A stretch of 64,000 nt of DNA from an uncultured bacterium (GTDB lineage: Bacteria > Bacillota_I > Bacilli_A > RFN20 > CAG-826), in contig CASFKG010000001.1 in assembly GCA_949295325.1 (NCBI GenBank), positions 174,779-238,778 of the forward strand, in the 5' to 3' direction. Each line of letters begins with the position of its first letter. Position 1 is the stretch's first letter. The translations under genes were made by a program, and so were the position numbers. The notes beneath the pieces are model-generated. The model did not search any database. It was not told the origin of the DNA and saw nothing but the letters and a program-made list of their open reading frames with translations. This document shows, in pieces, positions 1 through 6,800 of this stretch.

Positions 1-117
1 CTTGGTTTCGTCTAATTCCTCGTAGCCCAGGGAGATGAGCCTATCCTCTATCTTCCTAACGACGTGGAAGGGCGAAAAGGAACCTTCCAGAAGCGATTCG
101 ACGTCATCGATGACCAT
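1..117 (-). CDS. M18-family aminopeptidase-like protein, N-terminal fragment (runs off the window edge)
   Basis: A minus-strand ATG at 117, 5 nt after the der stop, opens MVIDDVESLLEGSFSPFHVVRKIEDRLISLGYEELDETK. The SPFH motif and layout resemble M18 aminopeptidase N-termini. Only 39 codons are visible. Confidence 0.4.
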   Translation of the reverse strand, partial: MVIDDVESLLEGSFSPFHVVRKIEDRLISLGYEELDETK

Positions 118-121
118 GCGT

Positions 122-1426
122 TTACTTCCTCAAGCGGTAGATTATGCGGATGGGCGAGCCTTCGAAATCGTAGGCCTCCCGGAGTTTGTTCTCGAGATAC
201 CTCGTGTAGCTGAAATGGGCGAACTCGGGATTGTTGCAGAACATCACGAAGGTCGGCGGTTCGACGGCGACCTGCGAAGCGTAGTAGATCTTGAGCCTCC
301 CGTGGTTGAAATCGGGCGTGGGGTTATAGGCCTGCGCCTCCCTGACCAAATCGTTCAAAATTCCCGTCGGGATGCGCCTATTGAAGGACTCGTGGGCTTT
401 TTTCACGTACCTGAGGAGGTTGTCGATGCCCCTTCCGGTCAGGGCGCTGATGAAGCAGACCGAGGCGTAGTCGAGGAATTTCATGCCGGTCGCGATTTTC
501 TGCCGGAATTCCTTTTCGTCCTCGGGCAAGTGCTTCCCGACGTCCCATTTGTTTATGGCGACGACGACCGCCTTGCCTTCCTCGACGGCATAGCCGACGA
601 CGTGCTTGTCTTGTTCCACCAGTCCCTTGGTGGCATCGAGCAGAAGGACGGCCACTTCCGACCTGTCGATGGCCTTCAGGGCCCTGAGGGCGGCGTATTT
701 GTCGACCGCCTCGTATATCTTCCCCCGCTTGAGCAGGCCGGCGGTGTCGATTACCACGTAGTGGTCGCCGTTCCTTTCGAAGGGGGTGTCGATGCTGTCC
801 CTCGTGGTCCCGGAAACCGGGCTAACGATGGAACGGGGGTCGCCCACGAGGGCATTGGCCAAAGACGATTTGCCGACGTTTGGCACCCCGATGAGGCAGA
901 AGGTCACCGCGTTTTGATAGGGTTTTTCCTCCTTTTTCGGAAGCAGGCCCACGGCCTTGTCCAAAAGGTCGCCGATTCCGATTCCGTGGGCTCCGCTTAC
1001 GGCTATGGGATCGCCTAGGCCCAATGAATAGAACTCCCCGGCATCGGCGATTTCGCTAAGGGAATCGATCTTGTTGACGGCCAATACGACGGGCTTCTTC
1101 GAGGAATAGAGCATCTTGGCGACCATGCGGTCGTCAGCGGATAGCCCCCTCTTCCCGTCGGCCACGAATACTATGACGTCGGCCTCGTCGATGGCTATTT
1201 CGGCCTGGGCCCGTATCTCCGTCTGGAAGGTGGCGTTTTTCACTTCGATGCCGCCGGTATCGATGACGGTGAACTCCTTCGTAAGCCAAGTGGCCTTCCC
1301 GTAGATCCTATCCCTCGTCACGCCCGGGGTATCCATGACGATGGAACGCCTCTCGCCCACTATGCGGTTGAAAATCGTGGACTTTCCGGAGTTGGGCGCG
1401 CCGACCAAAGCCAGCGTGCCTAGCAT
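122..1426 (-). CDS. der: ribosome-associated GTPase Der (EngA)
   Basis: 434 aa with tandem GTPase domains. P-loops GAPNSGKST and GVPNVGKSS, DTGG/DTAG, NKID/NKWD, and a KH-like C-terminus. Confidence 0.95.
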   Translation of the reverse strand: MLGTLALVGAPNSGKSTIFNRIVGERRSIVMDTPGVTRDRIYGKATWLTKEFTVIDTGGIEVKNATFQTEIRAQAEIAIDEADVIVFVADGKRGLSADDRMVAKMLYSSKKPVVLAVNKIDSLSEIADAGEFYSLGLGDPIAVSGAHGIGIGDLLDKAVGLLPKKEEKPYQNAVTFCLIGVPNVGKSSLANALVGDPRSIVSPVSGTTRDSIDTPFERNGDHYVVIDTAGLLKRGKIYEAVDKYAALRALKAIDRSEVAVLLLDATKGLVEQDKHVVGYAVEEGKAVVVAINKWDVGKHLPEDEKEFRQKIATGMKFLDYASVCFISALTGRGIDNLLRYVKKAHESFNRRIPTGILNDLVREAQAYNPTPDFNHGRLKIYYASQVAVEPPTFVMFCNNPEFAHFSYTRYLENKLREAYDFEGSPIRIIYRLRK

Positions 1427-2100
1427 TTCGGCGCGACCCCCGTCTTTTCCTTTACCACGCGCAGAACCGCCTCGACGGCCTCGTCGACGCTCATGAAGGA
1501 GGTGTCGATCAAAACCGAATCGCTGGCCGGCTTGAGCGGGGCAAAGGCCCTGTGCGAATCGATGTAGTCCCTCTTGCGGACGTCTTCTTCGACGTCCTTC
1601 AAAGAGGTGGGGATGCCCTTGGCTATGTTCTCTTCGTAACGCCTGACGGCCCTGGTCTCGACCGAAGCGATCTGGAATATCTTCACGTCGGCGTCGGGAA
1701 GCACGTAGGTGCCGATGTCGCGTCCGTCCATGACGACGGAACGGGATTTGGCCAGGGCCCTCTGCATGTCCACGAGCGCGAGCCGGACGTTTTTGTAGGA
1801 TGCGATGTAGGAGACGTTCCCGGAAACCAGGGGTTCGCGGATAATCCTGGTAACGTCTTCCCCGTTGCAGATGACCTGGCCTCCGGGCAGCAAATCGATG
1901 GACAGTCCCGGCAAAACGGTTTCGCTTTGGCGTTCGTCCTGGGGGTTGAGGCCCTTTTTGATGACCGCGTTGGTAACGGCCCGGTACATCGCCCCCGTGT
2001 CTATGTAGGTAAAACCCAAAAGTTCGGCCACCTTCTTGGCGACCGTCGATTTCCCGGCGGCGGCCGGCCCGTCTATCGCGATGCTTATCGTCTTTTCCAT
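1420..2100 (-). CDS. cmk: cytidylate kinase
   Basis: IAIDGPAAAGKST P-loop and YIDTGAMYRA motif. 7-nt overlap with der. Confidence 0.95.
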   Translation of the reverse strand: MEKTISIAIDGPAAAGKSTVAKKVAELLGFTYIDTGAMYRAVTNAVIKKGLNPQDERQSETVLPGLSIDLLPGGQVICNGEDVTRIIREPLVSGNVSYIASYKNVRLALVDMQRALAKSRSVVMDGRDIGTYVLPDADVKIFQIASVETRAVRRYEENIAKGIPTSLKDVEEDVRKRDYIDSHRAFAPLKPASDSVLIDTSFMSVDEAVEAVLRVVKEKTGVAPKC

Positions 2101-2101
2101 C

Positions 2102-2401
2102 CTATCCCCCCACCCACAGCAGATAAAAGAGCACGAGGGCGATTACCGCCGCCACGAGCAAGGCGATCTTGAAGGTCAATAGCCTCCTTTTCCCTTTCAC
2201 GTAGCGCTCGTAGGGCGTGGCTTCGGTCAGTTTGTCGCCCTGAAGGGCGATGGCTTCGCTCGAAAGCTCGAGCTTGTCGAGTTCTTCCTTGTCCCTGCTG
2301 TCCATCGCTTCCGCGTGGCCGCTTCCGGCCGACGCGCCCTTGAAGGAAGAGGCGGCGATTTTCTCGCGGTAACGCTTCCAGCGGCGGACTCTCGTCTTCA
2401 T
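2102..2401 (-). CDS. small basic protein with a C-terminal transmembrane anchor (hypothetical)
   Basis: 99-aa ORF abutting the cmk start. Charged N-terminal part, then LLTFKIALLVAAVIALVLFYLLWV as a TM helix. No family recognised. Confidence 0.5.
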   Translation of the reverse strand: MKTRVRRWKRYREKIAASSFKGASAGSGHAEAMDSRDKEELDKLELSSEAIALQGDKLTEATPYERYVKGKRRLLTFKIALLVAAVIALVLFYLLWVGG

Positions 2402-2460
2402 GCCTAGGATTTTAACCTCTGGACGGCTTTTTAGGAAGAAGAAGCCCTAAAGGGCTAACC

Positions 2461-2489
2461 TTGCAAGATGGGGTCTCTCTTTTTATAAT
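2461..2489 (+). promoter_or_regulatory. sigma-70 type promoter for the ferredoxin gene
   Basis: TTGCAA (2461-2466), 17-nt spacer, TATAAT (2484-2489). The predicted TSS lies after the ATG at 2490, which favours the 2520 start. Confidence 0.6.
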
Positions 2490-2519
2490 GTGCCCGGTTT
2501 TAAGGAGACCAACCCAAAC

Positions 2520-2705
2520 ATGAAAGTCAAAGTCAACGAAAACTGCCAAGGCTGCACCCTTTGCACCGTCACCTGCCCCGAAGTCTTCCAGATGAACGAC
2601 AACGGAGTCGCGGAAGCGGTCAGCGAAGAAGTCCCCGCCGGACAGGAAGCCGCGGTCGAAGAAGCCGCCAACTCCTGCCCTGCCGCTGCCATCGTCACCG
2701 AATAA
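2520..2705 (+). CDS. small 4Fe-4S ferredoxin
   Basis: MKVKVNENCQGCTLCTVTCPEVF...ANSCPAAAI. CxxCxxCxxxCP plus a distal CP. AAGGAG lies upstream. The ORF-track start at 2490 is rejected because of the promoter position. Confidence 0.85.
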   Translation: MKVKVNENCQGCTLCTVTCPEVFQMNDNGVAEAVSEEVPAGQEAAVEEAANSCPAAAIVTE

Positions 2706-2722
2706 GGACCCTAGGCTCATGG

Positions 2723-2746
2723 GCCGCCCGCGCGGGCGGCTTTTTT
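2723..2746. terminator. intrinsic terminator hairpin between the convergent ferredoxin and ribU-like genes
   Basis: GCCGCCCG-CG-CGGGCGGC perfect stem followed by TTTTTT on the plus strand. Confidence 0.7.
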
Positions 2747-3441
2747 CATTGCCTGGCGGCCTTGATGAAGCGGTGGGTGTACCGGTAGCAGAGGAAAGTG
2801 GCGGCAATCACTATGGCGTCTTTCAGCAGATTGAACGGAAGAACGGCATAAAGGGCATAGGACCATCCGACGTCGCTGATCCAGGGCATCGCCAGCCGGC
2901 AAATGGCAAGCAAGGCGGCCTCGTCGAGGCCCGCCATGACGGAAGCATAGAAAGGAATAAGAACATAGACGTTGAGCAGCATCGCCGCGATTACCTGCAG
3001 CAAGGTCGCGACGGCGAAGCCGATTGCCACGCCTTTGAGATTGCGTTTCTTCGAATAGACGATCGCCGTCGGCAATACGAACAAAAGCGAAAGCAGCAAA
3101 TCCCCGAGCTCGCCGACGCCCATCGTGGAAGTCATCGGGAGCTTGACAATGGTTTTCACGAGGATGGCGCCGGCCGCGGCATAGGGTCCGTAGGCGAATC
3201 CGGCGATGAAACACGGTATTTCGTCGAAATGGATCGACAAAAACGAAGGAAAGAAAGGCAGGGAAAAATTAAAGACCGGCACCGCGTAAAGGATCGCGGC
3301 CAAGGCCCCGAAGCAGGCCGTCGCCGCGACGGTCCTCGCGGTCGAATGGCGTTTCAACGGATGTTCCTTGAAATAGATGACCGCGGTCAAGGCAAGTAGG
3401 ACAAGCAGGGCGATAAGCCCGCAGAGGTAGCGTACTTCCAT
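2746..3441 (-). CDS. ribU: ECF-transporter S component, riboflavin (RibU-like)
   Basis: Polytopic membrane protein with S-component-like FDEIPCFIAGFAYGPYAAAGAILVKTIVKL. It sits directly behind an FMN riboswitch. ATG at 3441 is preferred over the GTG at 3450. Confidence 0.8.
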   Translation of the reverse strand: MEVRYLCGLIALLVLLALTAVIYFKEHPLKRHSTARTVAATACFGALAAILYAVPVFNFSLPFFPSFLSIHFDEIPCFIAGFAYGPYAAAGAILVKTIVKLPMTSTMGVGELGDLLLSLLFVLPTAIVYSKKRNLKGVAIGFAVATLLQVIAAMLLNVYVLIPFYASVMAGLDEAALLAICRLAMPWISDVGWSYALYAVLPFNLLKDAIVIAATFLCYRYTHRFIKAARQ

Positions 3442-3590
3442 AAAAAACACCCCCGTGCAACGAGGGGATGAAAGACCGCTATCTTCCTTCCGGACTTTAC
3501 CGTTGGCTCCGTAATTTCACCGGATCATGCCCCTTAGGGCTCGCGGGCTTTACCGCCAGTTGACGAAACTCTCGTCACCCTGATGCGCCC
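3442..3590 (-). promoter_or_regulatory. FMN riboswitch (RFN element) with terminator-type expression platform
   Basis: The minus strand reads TCAGGGTGACGAGAGTTTCGTCAACTGGCGGTAAAGCCCGCGAGCCC...GATCCGGTGAAATTACGGAGCCAACGGTAAAGTCCGGAAGGAAGATAGCGG. This matches conserved RFN blocks. It is followed by the hairpin CCCCTCG-TTGCA-CGGGGG and TTTTTT immediately before the ATG. Confidence 0.85.
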
Positions 3591-3823
3591 TAATTATATC
3601 CCCCTCTGCGAAAAGGCAAAGGGGCAATCGATGGACATGGGGTCGAACCGCTCCCGAATACGGGGGCCTTCGTTGCGTCCTCGCAGGAAACGCCGGGGCG
3701 TTGCGCTACAAATCACCCGTGTCCTCCGGTCGCCAAGGTTTCCGGGCTTCGCGGAATTAAAACGGGATGGCCTCGGTTTTGAGAAAGCGGTTCCCTCACG
3801 GCAATGCCGAGCCCGGAGGCGAA

Positions 3824-6800
3824 TCAGGAAACGTAGACGAACCCGTCGTCGTCCATCTTGAGGCCGTGGCGGTTGTCGATCGCGGCCTTGAGGGCGGCCT
3901 TTACGTACTTTTTGCGCTTATCGGAAATGGTCTCGACCCCGAACATCAGGGCCGTCTGCTTGACTAGGTCGTCGGCGCTCATCCTGCCTTGGGCGAAGAT
4001 GATGTCGCTGAAGGCGTTGGAAAGCTCGATATAGGAAATGTCGGTGAGGTCGCGCCTCTTCTTCGCGTCGTCCTTGCCTATCTTCTCCACGCGGTAATAG
4101 GGCCAGGATTCCGGGACGAATCCGCTCGGATAATAGAATGGCTCGCTCCCGCAAATCTCGGTTACTTTCGGGGTGTCGCCGAGGGCGAGTTCGACCTCCG
4201 AACGGAATTTGGCGCCGAGCCTCTTCTGCCCGACCGCCTCCTTGACCTTCTCCATTACCATCCGGCGGGAAATGGGGCCTTCCCGGTCGATCAGGCGCTT
4301 CACCCCCTCGAAGACCCTTACTTCCTCCGCGGAGGCGCTTGGCAGGTTCATGTCGGCGTAGTCGTAGGGAATCTGGTTCGGGTAGAGGGTTATTTCCTTC
4401 CTCGCGAAAGTTACCGGCCCTCCTGTCGCGCTTCCGAATTCGTCAGGATCAACGGGTTCGTTTATCTTCGCGACTATGGCCCTTACGACCTGGTCGGGGT
4501 GGTCGAAATACTCGATGGACCAGAAACGCATCAGCCTCCACCTGAGTCCTTTCAGTATGGAAGGCTGCACGAGGTTGCGGTCCCGGCTGGTCGGGGTATC
4601 GACGTAGCTGGGTCCGTCGAGCAATATGCCGAGGGAATACTTTTCGGGATCATCCGGGTCGTTCACGGCGAGATCGAGGCGGAAGACGCTGGTACCTAGG
4701 TCGGTAACGACGCTGTACCCCAGTTTCCTCAGGTCCTCGGCCAGGTACTTGGCCACGGAATCGCGCCGCTCGTAGACCGCGTTGCCCTGGAGGTTCGGCA
4801 GATAGGATGTGCCTTCCGAGGCAAAGCTCAGGAAGTCGCGGAGGTACCTCGCCCCCTCGTTTTTGGCCCTTTCGGCCTGGATCATCGCGGGCAATATCGA
4901 GGAAAAGACGATCATTTCTTCCCTGGCCCTGGTTACCGCGACGTTCAGGCGGCGTTCGCCTTTATCGCGGGAAAGGGGGCCGAAGTTGAGCGAAAGGTTC
5001 CCGGTCTTGGGATCGGGTCCGTAAGTGACGGAAAACAGGATGACGTCCCTTTCGTCCCCTTGGACGTTTTCGAGGTTCTTCACGAAGATGCTTTCGCCGC
5101 CCGGGTTCGGATCGAGGCCGCGGAGTTTGGCCTCTTCCTTCTCGAGCAGGTCCATGATGAGGTTCTGCTGGGCTTCGTTGAAGGTGACGACGCCGATGGA
5201 GAGTTTCCTCTTTTCGGGGTCCTTGAGGCGACGGACTATTTCGTTTACCACGGCTTTGGCTTCGTCGCGGTTCACGCCGCGGCCCTTCTCGTAGCGTCCC
5301 TTGACGTAACGGAAGGAAACCGACTGCCTTTCCTTTTCGGGAGAAGGGAAGGTCAGAAGGGAGTTGCCGTAGAACTGGTTGTTGCTGTAGGCGATAAGCG
5401 ACTCGTGGCGGGAACGGTAATGCCAATTCAGGCGGTTCCTCTTAAGCCCCATGACGATGGCGTCGTCGAGGAGAGATTCGAGATCCTCGTCGAGGGAGTG
5501 GAAGTAGTCGCCCCCCTCGATGGAACCGGAGACGTTGGCGGCGAAGTAGTTGCTCGGCGGCATCTGCTGCTGATCTCCCGCGATGACGAGCGAATTGCCG
5601 CGCGAAATCGCGCCGACGGCCTCGGAGGTCGGTATCTGCGAGGCCTCGTCGAATATCACGGCATCGAACCTGTCCCCTTCTTGCAGGAACTGGGCTACCG
5701 ATAGGGGGGACATGAGGAAGCAGGGGCAGAGTTTGTGGATGAGTCCGCCGTAGGTGACGAATATGTTCCGGAGGCTGACGCCCCGGCCGCCGTTGCGGGC
5801 CAGTTTCTTTAGCTGGTAGACCTCGGTGGTCGCGGCCAGGTTCTCGCTTATCAGGGGATAGGACGAGGTTATCCGGCTCGCGGTTTCGACGACGCTTAGC
5901 CATTCTAATTCCTTCAGGTCGGCGCCGTAGCCTTCGATGAACTTCAGCACTTCTTCCCCGGAGAGAGTTTCGACGCCTTGGTCCTTGGAAGCATAGGCGA
6001 CGGCCTTGTAGCAGAGGGCATTCACGTAGGCATCCTCGAGGAGCCGGCCTTCGATGAGTCCTTCCTGGTAGGCTTCGACCAGGCCGTTAGGACATATGGA
6101 CTTTGCTTCGTCAAGAACCCCCAGGAACTTGACCCAGCCGCCCAAGAGTCCTTCGTTGGCGATCAAGGACGAAACCTTCTGCGCTTCCTTCTTGAAGTAC
6201 TCCCTTTCGTCGGGATAGCGGTCCAAGTCGAAGCCGAGATTGGCCTTGAGCTGGGTCTTGATGAAGGAGCGTTCCGAGAGGTGGCGGCGCAGTTTCCGGT
6301 CGTTTTGCTCGTATACCTTCGCGTAATCGCCGCCGGCCTTGGCGAGGACATCGGCAATTCTGTCGAAGTCGACGTTCTTCGAGGCGTCCATCTCGCGGAG
6401 CAGTTTCCCGAGTTTTATCGAATCCTCGTAGCCTTTCTCCACGGCCTCGTAGGCACCGGCCTCACCGGGAAGCGACTGGAAGACGTAGCGCGGGTAGCTG
6501 CCGAGGTTTTCGGCCTGTTTCTGCAGCGAATCGATGCACCTTAAGGCTTCAACCGTGGAAAGGACCAGTTTCTTGCCGGGTTTGCCTTTGCCGAAATAGT
6601 ACTCCTTGAGCGTCGTCTGGATGGTCCTTAGACTCTTCCCGCGTTTGAAAACGGAGGAGGCGGCATATTCTTCCTTAAGGGAAGCCAGTTCTTCGATATC
6701 AACGCTATAAACCTGCGGTTCGAAATCGCGGGCAAGCCCGTTCTTCAGCGCGCATATTTCCTTATTGAGTTTCAGGTATTTCCTCAAGGTATCTTCCGCG

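Noticed and set aside
35-1018. 327-aa plus-strand ORF antisense to der. Similar long antisense ORFs include 1552-2172, 10328-10984, 14007-14573 and 15735-16349.
   Set aside because: They lie fully inside well-supported minus-strand genes. Their translations are low-complexity and rich in G/R/V/D/P with no motifs. This is the typical shadow-ORF artefact of GC-rich coding DNA.
3636-3665. tRNA-like T-loop sequence on the minus strand, GGAGCGGTTCGACCCC.
   Set aside because: The flanking bases cannot form a 5-bp T stem, acceptor stem or anticodon arm. It is not a tRNA or a tRNA fragment I can support.
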